Shown piece by piece: positions 16,188 to 28,990 of a stretch of 64,000 nt of DNA. The position numbers and the translations under genes are program-made. Position 1 is the stretch's first letter; each line of letters opens with the position of its first letter. Under the pieces are notes generated by a model. It did no database searches, was not told the origin of the DNA, and saw only the letters and a program-made list of their open reading frames with translations. The DNA comes from Anthoceros angustus (Eukaryota > Plantae > Anthocerotophyta): positions 1,674,001 to 1,738,000 of the forward strand of contig MU008170.1 in NCBI GenBank assembly GCA_010909165.1, in the 5' to 3' direction.

Positions 16188-19100
16188 ATGGAGGTGTTGA
16201 GATGGAGTGTCACACACACCAAACACAAACACCAGAAGAACAAGGTCTACCACGACGGTTTCCTCGTCGTGAAGCTATTCGCGCCAACCCAACGCAAGGT
16301 TTGCATGATTGAGTGATTCCTCCGGGAGTGCTGCTGAGATCACATTTACAGTACGGGTAATTGAGATTGCGTCGTTTGCAATTCAGGCGTCTCTGCTGGA
16401 CGAATCTGAGAAGCTGCTGGAGGAGAGGTATTTGAATTCCAGCGATAACGTGGAATCCGGTGGCACCTTGGAGTTCACCGGCTTCTCGGTTTCGGTTGGA
16501 GACCCGATTGGGAAGGAGTCGGAGCGGAGTTTTGCTGTTTGTGCCACAGCTCAAGCTGGGAAAGGTGGGAAAGGATGGATTTTGTCGAGGACGATTTCGG
16601 CTCGGAGTGGTTGTGTTTTTAAGAGATGATGCTGAAGTGAGGGCTGTGAATTTTTGGCAGCCGGCTGCGGTGTAAGGTGGAGTGTGCTGTACACGGAGAG
16701 TGTGGGGCGGAAGAAGAGATTTGCTGACGGGGTTTTGGTTCCGTGTCCTAAGAATCCGCGGAAGGTAGTTGGTTTGGGAGTTTGTGTTTTCGGTCGGTGA
16801 ATTGTTGAATTGTCTGGTGGGTTTGGGCTCGTGAAGATGTTAACGAATTGCGCGCGTGTTTGAAGCAGTTTGTCCTGAATGACGATGAGGGGAAGGTTAT
16901 CGGCGTTATAACCCTGAGAAAGGACGACCTGGTGGCCAGTGGATGTAAGTTCACCATTCCTCCAAGGATTGAAGTTGAGGTCGGCAGCCCAATTGGTGGG
17001 TCCCCTACAACTACATCTGCAGGGGCTAGTGGTAGTGACAGGGAGGGTAGCTCGAGGGTTGATGCGGATTCGGAAGCGGGTGCTGTGGTGGAACGAGCTG
17101 TTATCGCTTTAGCTGTTGGGGATGCACCGGCGGTCCAGGAATGTGATATGGATTCCAACAAGAGAAAACGGTGCACGGCAGCTGGTCGGAGTGGTAAGTG
17201 TCGAACGGTCCACCTTTGTTTCGTGCGGTGATGTAGAGCTTTTGGTGTTTTGCAAGTAAGAAAATTGTTGATAGTGTTGCTGCTTGTGGTTTGCAGCTGA
17301 TGAAATACTTCAGGGTTTGAAGAGACCCAGATATGGGAGTGGAGTTGAGACAAGTGGGTCAAAATGCCCACCCAAAGCAACCAAGGATACCACCTGTCAG
17401 CAGCAGGAAATGGTATTGGATGATGTTGGAGAGCGTCCATCTAATGTTCAAATTGCATGTATGTTAAGCTCTGTGAGGGCAGTTATTAAGCGTGGCTGCA
17501 AGGAAGTGGGTGGTGGAGAGAGTACCTCCGGCGCGCTGCAGCTGACATCTCCCAGTACCCAGAGTCGAAGGCCTCAAGCTAAAACCCTTCATGTGCAAGC
17601 TCTGTGCGCAGAAGAAGGGTGGTCTAGATCGCGTCCTGATGCTGTCCGCCCCTCTCCTTCATCTTCTGTCCCTCGAGGCCATGACAAGGACTTGGACGGA
17701 GCCCGGAGGAGTCAGGACATCTACTTGCGTGTTGGACTGGAACCACCGGCATCTGGGAGTGTAGTTATTCCTGATACCTTCACAGGGTTCTTGTCGTACA
17801 AACAGATCATGTGTGAAGGAGTGGCTGAGGATATCAACTCAAAAGTATGTGCAATCAACCATATGCAAAGACTATATAAGCTGCTCTCACTTTACTGTAG
17901 TAGTCTGTGAGTGCACGTCCCGAGTGGTAGAATTGATACTTTCTTCGGAGTGCAACAGCTCCGAGATTTTGTTTCTCACTTCTCTGACGCAAGAACTAGA
18001 GCTTCTAGTATATACACACCAAGACCGTCCTGTCAGCATGGACAAGCCAATATTGAGCTAGCAAAAGAGGTACGCATCCTGGGTAATTGTTTGCGTCCCA
18101 TCTGTATGATTTCCAGCTATTCCCTAATGCACCGTTGATGACAGGAGGGGCCTATGAAGGGGTGTCTTGTTTATAGGTGTCCAAAGCAGCATGTCGAATG
18201 TCTATTTACTCGCGCAGATGAAGGTCCTTTCCAGACCCTTCACTTGTCTCTCCTTGTCTACGTCGCTCTTTCTTAGATTTTGGTTGTATTTAACTGTAGT
18301 GATCTCTCTGTCTTCCAGGACCTCTATCCCGTGGTGGTCTGTCTCTGGACATATTAGAAGAGACTCTACACTCGCTGGATATTGATTTCTACCGGAATTG
18401 TGTCTTGTTTGACAAGTATGGGTTGCTGTACCTGTGCGGCACAGATAGCCTTATGTTGGCTATTTAACAGCTTGCGACCTGATATCATGAGATTGTGGTC
18501 TTTGCAGAAAAACCTATGGTGGAGAAAGAGAGAAAAATGACACGCCCACAGTTCTTCTGAAGATACCGCACAACAGACAGTCAGAACGTCCAAGGCACGA
18601 TCAGTATCCTGGATAGCGCTCTTTGTTAGGCTTTGGTGCATGCTGCCTACTGATCGTGATTAGATGTTCTCATGTCAGGGGGGGCGTCTGGATTGTTAGC
18701 AATAACTCGGAGTTTTTGCAAAGAACAAAGTATGTCATTCTAATGGTTCTTGTTGAAGCCTTGTTGGGTGGGCATATGCATTTGTACTTGGCAGTACCTC
18801 CAGACATTTTGTGATGTGGTTTTTTGTCCTTCTTTCAGGGAAGATTTTGTAGTGGTGGCTGAAGGTAGTACCCTCACGAGGTTCACAGCAGGCTTGATTC
18901 AGGTTTGTATATGAAATTGCATGGTGGCCAATGATGTGTTATCTCTTCTTGATTGTGAATGTCTTGTCATTGTTTGCTCGTTTCTGATTGTGTGCATCCC
19001 ATGCCTCAGCTGAACTTTCTAGGGGACAGCCCACCTAGGGCGCATCAGTCAAACCTTTTCGCTCTTCACTATGATGGAGTATCTTGGGAATTGGGTTTGT

Positions 19101-22100
19101 TGAGAGTACTAAGGTTTGACCCTCTTCCGAGCAGTAGCGGGGTGTTAAGTGTCATTTTGTCCAACATCACATCGACGAGGTTTTTGTGTGATTCCAGTTG
19201 CTTAATGCAGTCTGTCCAGGGCTAAGCACACGTTTTATATGCCAAACCTAGGCCTTACTTCAGGTACCTGGAATTTTCCGCAACAGGCAATTGGAGGATG
19301 GGTCCACACCCCTTGTCAGTCTGCTTCTTAAATCTCCTATGAACTCATCTCCTCACATGTTAGGAACGGGACCGATTCAACCTTTACTGGCAAAGTACAA
19401 GCTCCCTGAAGACCAGGTAACCAAAGAACTGCCAGATACCTCACTCCTCAGTGCTTGTGCTTACAAGTTACATCTTACCCTACAGAGGCCATCGTGATCG
19501 CAGTTGAAAGTTCTTCGCCATACAACTCGATGGGCTTCTCCTCGTCACCGTGCAGCGAAAACAGATTTATGCTTTATTTGTGGAACTTCTGGCTCAGAAA
19601 CAAGTGAGGCAAAAGTCTCGGATTCCAAATACCTCCTTTGAATCTATTGGTCGTTTGCTTGCTATAGACTTCATTTGTGTGTTTTGCAGGCAATCTGCTT
19701 GCTATTGTAGTGATCACGCTTGTTGAGCTTCTCAAGGTTCGTTTTCGAATCGCCAACACTAGGCTTTGTGTGAAAACGTTTGCATCGGAATAGGGCTAAT
19801 CACAGATGCTCGCTGTAGGAAAAGAGCGACTCTATGACAAGAATCCTGGTGTCAGCAGCCACAGATGCTGCCATTGATAGGTATAAGTTACAAATTAAGT
19901 GAAGCTTAGTTGTTGTACTGATTTCGTTTGCCCTGAAATGGAGGAGAGTGGGATGTGCAATTGGGAGGTTCTATCTTAAACTCATATCTGGCTGCTGTAG
20001 GGTTCTAACAGGGCTTTTGGACCATGGTTTTCATGACTTTCTGCGTGTGGGGAGCTTTGGGAAGACTGCTACAAACATCTTTCCGTAAGTGCAAAGGAGC
20101 AGTAATTGTGTGTGCTGAACCCTGAAGTTTTGCGTGTTTCACACCAGATGTTAGTCACCTACTGTTAAGGCACTTCTTCTTCCCAATACAGGTATCTGCT
20201 TCACAGCAACTCTGAGACGGATAACGCGGAGAAAGAACTTAAAAGGCTGCTAAATAGAGTGCATGGTGGAGAAAAACTGGTAGGTTACTGTTGGATTAGG
20301 CACCCATAACTTTACAGTTGATGCATGTCAGTCTGTTAAATTCACATGAAGTCTTTGCAGCTAGTTGAAGCAGAACTGCGAGCAATCAAGGACGGAAACA
20401 TGCACGAAAGACAAAACAAACTGCAGCAGGTGCGTGTGGTTGGCGCAACATGCCATGACTTGAGCAGTGCACTCCTGACAAAGTGCAGTTTCAAGGTGAG
20501 GACTACAGGTACACGAGTTATGTTTTTGGGACGTACCTGCCACGCTCATTGCAGAACTAAGCTCTTTGCTCTCTGCCAATTGCAGGTGTGTATTCTGGAT
20601 GAGTGCTCAGAAATCCCAGAACCAGTTAGCTTGATGGCAGTTAGTCAGTTTGGGTGTCACAAGTGAGTTAGATCTTCTCATTTCTCCTCCAGAATTTGAA
20701 GCAGCTTGGCTAGGGTTTTTTTGTGTTGTTGCTCTTCAATACTAATTGGCTGCATGGAGCCTAATCTTGGTGGCTTGTGGGTGCTCATTCAGGTTGGTTG
20801 CATCTGGTGACATGCCAAAAGTCCCCGTCAGTGCTGGTCTCAAGTGTATGTCATCGATGCAAAGCACAGACACACAGTCCTCCTCTTATGTTATGAGGTG
20901 TAGTACAAGCTTACCCCTAGCGTACAAAATTGGTGCTTGCCTTAGCCCTCCAGGAATTTGGATTGTGTTTGTCTGCGTATCTACATAAAGCAGACCGCCT
21001 TTGCAGGAGTTTGTTTGATCGACTAATATCAAGGGGTCACCAACCAGTAGTACTTTTCCCCCAGCATGCAGGGTATACAATTTGGAAACTGGTTTGTCGT
21101 CTATCTTTAAGTTTGCATAAACATGTACACCATATTTGACAAAACAAACTGTTTTTGCTGCTGTCCGTCCAGGTTCATCAATGTTTCCTCACCAGTGCCA
21201 AGCGACACATTGACTTGTAGTGCAGAAAAAAGCTCAAGAGTGCCCAACTGGAAGCAAATAAATGGCACGAGTGTGACTAATGACCTTACCCAAGACAGCG
21301 AAGTATTCATTGCTACACATTCTTCTTGCTCTCAACGCATGGAAGAAGTCCTTATTGACCACAAATTCCAGTATGTACTCATTGCTGCTCTGACTACATC
21401 TCCGTTCTCCACAAACTTTCAGGGCACCGTGAGTACACATTAGTGGTTTGTTTTTGACTCGAAGGTAATCCAGGGTGCAGGACTTTTGGGAAGGTTATAA
21501 GTCATACTGCTTTGGGTACTATTCCAACTCAGAGGCACACAAAAGAAAATTCTCAGCCAGCAAGATGGGTCAGCGTTTCTTCCAAGAAATCCTTCGTATT
21601 GGTACTGTTGTTGTTACCACGAGATTTGACTGAGCCTGTTAATGCGTCCTACCAGGCCAAGTCATTCGTAGGATCCATGATGAGAGCAGTTTTACTAGGG
21701 GAGATTTTGATGATAAAGTCCGATCTACTTGGGCTTTGATTGAAGACTATCTTCAGCGGGAACATGGAGCGCATTGTACAGACATAAGGTGGTTCCCTTC
21801 GAAAGTGATACATATTCATCTATGTCTGTGCTACGTGGTGCTTACGACTCGTTCAACTGTTTTCAGGGTTCTCATTGACAAGTATGAAAACGCTTCTGAA
21901 CTGAGTGCTACTGAAGATGGTCGTCTATTATTGGAACTCGCAAAGGTACTTCACACTATGTATCTTAAGTTCCTTCCATCAAGACGAGACGGGTGCAGAT
22001 GTGCTGGGTTATGAATCTGCCAGGAAGAGTTCCGTGTAATGAACTTTTGTCCATACTGCAGGAAGATGGAAATCTGGCAAGTCATCCATTTGCTAAACTT

Positions 22101-22229
22101 GCCATCGAGAACTCTAAGAAAGTGGGCCAGAATGACATAATGGAGCGGATCGGCCGACAGCTTGACCGTGTGAAAGCTGGTTTGAAGAGTCTTAAGCAAA
22201 ATTCAGATTATCAGATCCTTCAATCCTAA
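16188..22229 (+). CDS. ZGRF1: ZGRF1-like protein: two DUF2439-like N-terminal domains plus a degenerate UPF1/DNA2-like (SF1) helicase; about 20 exons, chain partly inferred
   Basis: Exon 1 is MEVLRWSVTHTKHKHQKNKVYHDGFL and a second copy reads VRWSVLYTESVGRKKRFADGVL. Later exons give IPDTFTGFLSYKQIM, RILVSAATDAAIDRVLTGLLDHGFHDFLRVGSFGKTA, VRVVGATC, ILDECSEIPEPVSLMAVSQFGCHK and SLFDRLISRGHQPVVL, all ZGRF1-type helicase segments. Whether the frame is intact through the 3' exons could not be confirmed by eye. Confidence 0.8.
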
Positions 22230-22515
22230 GCTCTGTCATCCAACATATTTTGCCTTGACGAATTGGCTTGAATTCAAGCTTGACTCGCCGAGGAAAGTAT
22301 CACCAAATTGTTGATATTAGGTACAGGACGCAGATGCGGTTGACAACTACATGTATCCGTACACAGTGATCTCAGGAGATAGATAGGGAGATGATTACAG
22401 AAGAGAAAACACAACACTAACCAAGTTTCACATGCCTACGTTCCTACATTGCCCGGTCTACGTGGCTATGTACTGGCAGCAAGTTGAGCTGCTGTTGCTT
22501 ACCAATTGCCGGGAC

Positions 22516-24467
22516 CTAGTCGACCACTGCTGGGGGTACGTCAGCAAGGTCAATATCCAGGTCGTCCAACCCTAAGCTGTCACCCCCTGATCCCCGCAGC
22601 GCGAAGGCACCCTGCAGACATTTTTGGAGTAAAGATCCAACCTCGAACAGCCAATCCTGTTTAACGTCCAGGACCATCACGTACCTCCTGCTGCAGCCGT
22701 ACTTCCTCAGCTCGTGCTGCCTCTTCTGCAAGAGCTACCCTTTGCCTAAAAGATCTGGCCATTTCGTCCGCCTACGAGTTCAAAGTAACCAGAATGAGTG
22801 TCAGCCGACAAACCTAGCTGCAAGACCAGCCCAGTCATACACGACAAGTGAGGCAAGGCAACCCATACCTTCTCATAAACAAGTCCTGGATTTCGGAGCA
22901 TGTCACCAGGAGTCGGCTCCAGCTTCTTGGTGGACAAACTAATCCTGCCTCTTTCCCTGTCTTGGCTGAGAATCATAACCTGCAGACACTACCTGTTAGT
23001 AGTGTGCCCACCGGTACACTCCAGAGAAAGGACAAGACAAAAGCGAAATGAAGAGCACGCCAGAACCGAAGAGAATGTACCTTCAACTTATCTCCAGGTT
23101 GGAGGACAGTCTCCACGGTAGTGATCCGGTCATGGCTGATCTGGCTGATGTGCAACAGGCCACTTACACCTCCAATGTCAATGAAAGCACCATATGGTTT
23201 CACCGACTGCACAGTACCAACAACTATCGATCCCACTCCGTATGTGTTCTGGCTTTCAGCAGCGGCCTTGCGGTTGCTGAGAACAAGTCGCGTCCGCTCT
23301 TCATCCACCTCAAGAACCTTAAGTGGAATTTCCTTATCAATCAAGTCCTCTTGATTTGTCCTCTGCATTCAAGTACAAACGGTGTCTGGTCACGACACGA
23401 TGCAACACGATGCTAGCCCAATGCAGTATCAGAATCACCGCGCGGTACCATTCAGAGCCTGGAAAATCCAACTCACCGCAGAAACCTGAGAAAAAGGCAC
23501 AAATCCTCGTAGCCCCTCCACTTGCACAACTATGCCTCCACGATTAGCAGCCAGCACCTGTGCAAATATCCATGAACACGCCAAGTCAAAGCAAACTCCC
23601 TTCAGATCCCCTTCTCAATGGAGGTGACCTCATCCAGCCCTTACCTTGCCTCTGATAGTGATATCGTCGGCTTCAACCTGTCTGCACCGCTCCCACGACA
23701 AATCATACTGAAACTTTTTCAAACTGAGTATCAACCTGCCATTATCATCGTCATCACGAATAATGACAAACTCCTCCTCCATACCCGGAGTCAGCCCTAT
23801 CTCCTCTACCTTCTTCAGCTTGAACACACAGGCCTCTTGCAACGGCAAGTAGGCCGGTGCTTTTGCACCGATATCAATCAATGCACCGCCGTAGTCCGTC
23901 TTAAACACAACTCCCTTCACCTGGAATCCAACACAACCATTACAAACCAAGAATGGTGACTGACTATCCATCATCCAATGCCCACTACCACGCATCCATT
24001 TAGGGTTAGGGCAGCAAATGCAGCACAAGGAGACGCATTCCATTCCACCACAAAGCTCCAACATCCATCCATCCATCCTCCTGGCTCGCCAAAAAGCGTA
24101 CCGTGTCACCAACTTCGAAGTTGAAATCATACTTGGACAGGGCATCAGAAAACTCGTCGTAGGTGAATGGCACTCCCTCCAGGGGGCTCTGCAGGGCCCG
24201 CATCCACCGCTCCTCCACTTCCTGCATTAGGCTAGCGTCTTTCGGCTTGGCGCGCTCCAGGGAAGCCACGCAGTGCACCCGGGATGGAGCCCTGGCAGCG
24301 GCAGCTGCCTTCCCGACGAACTTCCTGCCGAGGAATCTGCTGTTGCACAGGCCCATGGAGGCCTTGGGAGTACCGAGGAACGGAGATGGCGAGTGCGAGT
24401 GAGCCGCCGGCTCACGGAACACCCCGACCGAGGCTGCGGCCACGGACTGCGTGGCGACCGCTGCCAT
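22516..24467 (-). CDS. PRPS1: Plastid 30S ribosomal protein S1, multi-exon
   Basis: Transit peptide MAAVATQS..., then [91 protein letters not shown] and [21 protein letters not shown]. Stop at 22516. Confidence 0.96.
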
Positions 24468-24849
24468 GGCTGCAGCTGCAACTGAGACGGGGAAGACGCG
24501 GAGCGTGGAGGTGGTCGGACAGGGGCCTGTCTGTCTCTTCACAGTCCGCTGAAGCCTGGCGAGCTGCGGACTAGACCGGACTAGCCTAGAGCACCATGCT
24601 GGCCAACACGCTCATCCAGGCGTCCTGCGATCGACCATTCAAGCACACTCTCCTTGGAGTCCAACATCCGGGTGAGTGTGAAGGCACAGTATCTTGTGGT
24701 GCCGTTCAGTTGCTCGGCTGCGTGGTGGCATTATCCACACTTTGCCTGGCCTGGTTCGAACCCGCCTCCCACCCGAGTTCCATCCCCACACCGCATTTTA
24801 GGATGAAAGAAAGAACTCTAAACTTCATTTAGGGGTTGAGATGGGTGAG

Positions 24850-24953
24850 TTGGATAGCTCATGCAAAAGAACTTCGCAGTTAAGCACCCTTTGAGGAGAT
24901 CAGATGAGTACTCATTCAAAGTTTAAAGTATGGGAGGGCCACCGGGATTTCTC
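24850..24953 (+). pseudogene. Degenerate 5S rRNA-like segment (box A region to 3' part)
   Basis: agaacttcgcagttaagc (24868-24885) matches plant 5S agaactccgcagttaagc at 17/18 positions. It continues with weaker matches (gaga...agtact...atggg...ccggga..tctc) to the 5S internal control region, with small insertions. Confidence 0.5.
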
Positions 24954-25705
24954 TATTCCTAAGCCCACTCGGGCTCGTCTCCGCTCTTGCTCGCCTCCAT
25001 TCCTAGGCCCTCCTTTAGGATTCCTCCATTCCTAGGCCCGCTCGGGCTCGTCTCCACTCTTGCTCGCTCTTTCTCGGGAAGCTCGTCTCTGCTCTTGCTC
25101 GCTCTTGCTCGGGGAAGGGGGCAGGTTCCTGGCTTCTCGCTCGACCCAGTATTCAGGCGTTCCGCATTGCTGCGTTGCTGATGTGGTTGTAATCGATCCC
25201 ATCCGGGACAGTGTCTGCGAACATGTTTTTCTTAACCCTCCAGGTTGGACGGCCAAGGGATGCGCGACGGCTAAGGTCCACAGGTACTCTCCTATGCAGG
25301 ACGGCCACGACTTTGTCCCACTTGCCATTGAGACTCACGGAGCCATGGGCAACGATTTCTCTAGGTTCGTCAAGGCCTGCGCCAAGGCTTATCATAGCCG
25401 CAAGAATGGGGTTGACCTCCCCCTTTCTTGTATTGTTGCTTTCTTCCGGCATAGGGTTTCAATCGCTCTACAGAGGGCGTTAGCCAACGCAGTGTACAAA
25501 ACGACAGCGAGCGCGGGGATGCGGCTTTTTCGACACCTGGTAAGTAGGCCTTTTCACATCCCTGACCACGAAGTTCTTCAGGCGGTTGGTAGTTTTGAAA
25601 TGCGTGATCATAGGGCTAGTCCCCCTGGCATGGTGCCCCTCGTTGGGTTTTTCCCCCTTTGTTTTTGGGGTGGATGGGTTTTTCCCATCTCTTTCTTATA
25701 ATAAA
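24953..25705 (+). mobile_element. 5'-truncated, internally deleted CRE-clade element (RLE domain and 3' UTR)
   Basis: PTRARLRSC...GKGAGSWL (the start is locally duplicated), then VADVVVIDP...AKVHRY...DFVPLAIETHGAMG...RVSIALQRALANAV, a PD-(D/E)xK restriction-like endonuclease. The 3' end is gatgggtttttcccatc...ataataaa. Confidence 0.85.
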
Positions 25706-25932
25706 GCCTTGTTTTCCCTTTTAGGATAGGTAGCTGCAAAAAGCTACCTAGATGTATACCTATACGTACACATACCTAATATTAATATAATTCATTATAA
25801 TCATATTATCATATCGGCATCACTTTTTAAGGTTCAAGGTGATCCCATGGGATATACAAGAATGCAAGAAATGTTTAATCATACTCTTTATTGGTGATGT
25901 GAATATAATATTATCACATTGGAGAAAAAGAT

Positions 25933-28190
25933 GATTTATTGAGGTGAAAGAACGATGGAAAGAGACCATCTAGGAAGGGACAACAAATGGGGACCCGGGG
26001 GTCGGAGTGAAGAGGAGCAACTGAGCTCCCTACCTAAAGTGACCAATCGCACCCACAATGTCATATGCGTAGAATAAACGGCCCGCAAACCATGAGGAAG
26101 AGGAAAAGGCATCACCCACCGCCGCCTTATGGAGAATCGCCGCTGAGAGCGCCTGAAGAGCAATAGAAACCCGTCAAGTATGCCGTGAAGTACGAGAGGG
26201 ACAGACACTATGCTCACAAGATGGTAAGCTTTGGCACAAGACTTGATGAATTTGTCAAAGTCCTCACCATTGCCCCATACGCTTTAGAGCAAGCGGATAA
26301 AGAGGTGGCCCGCTTGCATCCCGCTATACTTATGGACCTTGAGAGCCGCACTCACAAGTGAGGAGCAACCGACGGTTGGTGATGACTGAGCGAGGTGGCG
26401 CCACGTGTGGTCAAGAACCACTACATCCGCCACCACAACCGGTCGCCACGACAAGGTATAAGTCCGCCCGATTGAACGACCAAGAAGAAGAGTATACTCC
26501 CGCCTCCTCCAGCCATATAGCCACTTTCGCGAGCAATGGCAAACATGACGCCACGGATGGCGCTGAGTGGCAATGCGGCGACTGGGGACAACGAGCAAGG
26601 TGGACACCGAGACGCTAAGAGCAGAGCCGCACTCACAAGTGAGGAGCGAAGAAGCCACAGCCGGAGTAGGCCGAGACGGAATCGCATCGCAGAGTGAAGG
26701 TGGTTGGTGCGATGTGAAATCCCGTATGCATGGGCGGGCCAAGAGCTGCACCGCCTCCTTCCTGCAAGAGCGAGCCGCGCCTAGTGGACCCGGAGATGGA
26801 GGGGTCCCGGAGGATGATCAAAAGCTCGGCCGAGCCGCTTCGAGCGTAGATGCCTCGCAATCCCTAAAGCCATCGATGATAAATGTAGAGAAAGGAGGGA
26901 AGTCCTTCCGAGCATCCGCCGATAACATGTCTCCGGCCCGCCTCAAGGACGATTGAGAGAGAAGGTTCCCTCCTCCACACTTGATACGAGATCCTCGAGA
27001 AAGGGCTTGTCATGGAGGATGAAACGGGAAGCCAAGGCAGGCAGAGGGCCCAACTCCCAAGAAAGCCGCCGGGAAGAGACCTCATGAGAGCACCCCACGC
27101 CCAAATTGCACAGCAGTGGATGCTTGCTGTGTCGCCCCTGTGGCACTCAAAAGCCCCGAGCCCAAGATGTCCCCAAGAGTATCCATAATCTTCAGATCAA
27201 ACCCCGAGCCGGACAAAAGGACCGAGACGAGGCGCAGACGGATGAGGTACCTGTGGCGCCTAGCAAAGCAGAAGGAAAAGGATTCCAAAGGCCACCCGAG
27301 CATCCTCCAAAGAAAGGGAGGTCTTCAATATGGGAGAGGTCCTCTGCAAGGGCCTTGTCCAGAAGCTCCCAATGAAGTCTGGGAACCAAAGGGGACCCCA
27401 AGAACTGCACCAAGAGCCGAGCAATCTCCCCAGAAACCGCAGAGTAGGCGATCCCGACGGAGACCAGACGCTGCACTTGGACATCTTGACCTTCAAGCCC
27501 ACCAACGAAAGCTCGAAGAGAATATCTCAAAGGCCTCCTTGACTTTGTCCCTGTGCCCGAGGATGTGAGAATCGCCGTTGAAGAGCAATAGCGAAGGGAA
27601 GACACACATGGAGAGGGCGGCAGTGGGCCCTATAGTGAGCAATAGCGAAGAGAGCACCGCCAGCGGTCGCCTTGCTCGGTACTGGCCGATTCCAAGACGA
27701 GACGGCGAAACTCAAGAGACGTTTCAGCCGGTAGTAGAGGTTGGAGGACCTCCGAGAAGCACCGGACAAAGGGTATAAGACTCTAGACGCCAAAGATCCC
27801 TAAGCTCCTCAAAGATGACGCCCGGAAATGGTATTGAAGGCGTTCTCGACATCCACCGTAAGACTACCCAATCCGGGTGGGTATCAAGGCAAGCTTTCAC
27901 CCCTAGCACCACGCACTGCACTCCTGAGTGGCAATGCCAAATTGAAGGGGTTGAAGTGTCCGGAGAAGGGAGCGATCAGAGATAGCGGCCGAGTAGCCGC
28001 ATGAAGGCCTCCCCAACCGCGAGTGACGCGAGAAAGGTGCTTGTCCATAGCGACAAGCCTACTAGCTGCAAGAACAGCTGAAATCCGGTGAGGCATCTCT
28101 CCACGAGCCACCGCAGCAGCCAGAGAAAAGAGTTGTGGAAAGCCGCTAGATGGATCTTCGGGGAGAAACACATTGGAGTAACACAAAGTT
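25933..28190 (-). mobile_element. 5'-truncated degenerate CRE-clade LINE (RT + CCHC + RLE)
   Basis: Across frameshifts the minus strand gives LAASRLVAMDK (RT start), HFNPF, LDTHPDWVVL.VDVENAFNTISR, EQGD..AGALFAIAH, LGSPL/DKALAEDL, RFRLGL, CECG, VVADVVVLD, KVHKYSGMQAGHLFIRL and RVSIALQAL, then a 3' hairpin and aataaa. The YADD segment is destroyed. Confidence 0.85.
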
Positions 28191-28990
28191 CTTTTTAACC
28201 TTATATACTTAGTAGATATGTTTAATCATACTCTTTGTGATATGAATTTGATATAATCACATTTGAGTAAGTGCACCTCTATGATAGGACACAAGGCTCT
28301 TTCTAACCTTATGGTCGTGGGGTTCAAATCCCATAGGTGACAATGAATTCCTTAATTATACAAGATGTGGGTGGATTGTGGTAGACACTTTATCAAGGTT
28401 TAAACATAAAAGTGATAGTTCATTCAAGACGGCAATGAAAAGTGAAGAAGGGATGAGGAAGAATGAGTTATATAAGTTATATAAAAATATATATATTTTT
28501 ATATATTGCTAGGGAGGATAAGTACACGCTTCCCTTCATGCTCTTGACTTTATTGTAATATTAACTCTAAACACAAAGTGCTAGTTCATCCAAGTGGACA
28601 ATGAAAAGTGAAGAAGGGATGACAAAGAATGAATTGCATTTCTATTAGGATGAGTACAAGCTTCCTTCATGCTGGTTATTGTGATATTAACACAATTCCA
28701 TCATATAGGGATGAGTGACACCCCTACTGGTTTCCTTGCCACGTTACCTTAGTTCTCCCCTCTCCTTCAAACTCCGATGAATGACGAGTGACGCCCATAT
28801 TGGGTTCCTTGCCATGCCACGCTACCTTAGTTCTCCCCTCTCCTTCAAACTCTGTACACTCATGGGCAATTCCGTGTTAGCCCCCATCACCTTCGGATTG
28901 AAACCAACCGCTAGTTCAAGCCTGCGCCTCCTCAAGAAGAACGAATTTGCAAGCTCTGCTCTTTGGACCCTGAATCTGATTCTCGTTTTC

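Noticed and set aside
25727-25750. 9-bp hairpin taggtagct-gcaaaa-agctaccta followed by g, as a Helitron 3' end or terminator
   Set aside because: The CTAG is part of the stem rather than about 10 bp downstream, no matching 5' end was found, and bacterial-type terminators are not relevant here.
28285-28345. tRNA-like fragment with B-box ggttcaaatccc
   Set aside because: No convincing A-box or cloverleaf. At most a decayed tRNA-derived SINE head, so it is not called as a tRNA.
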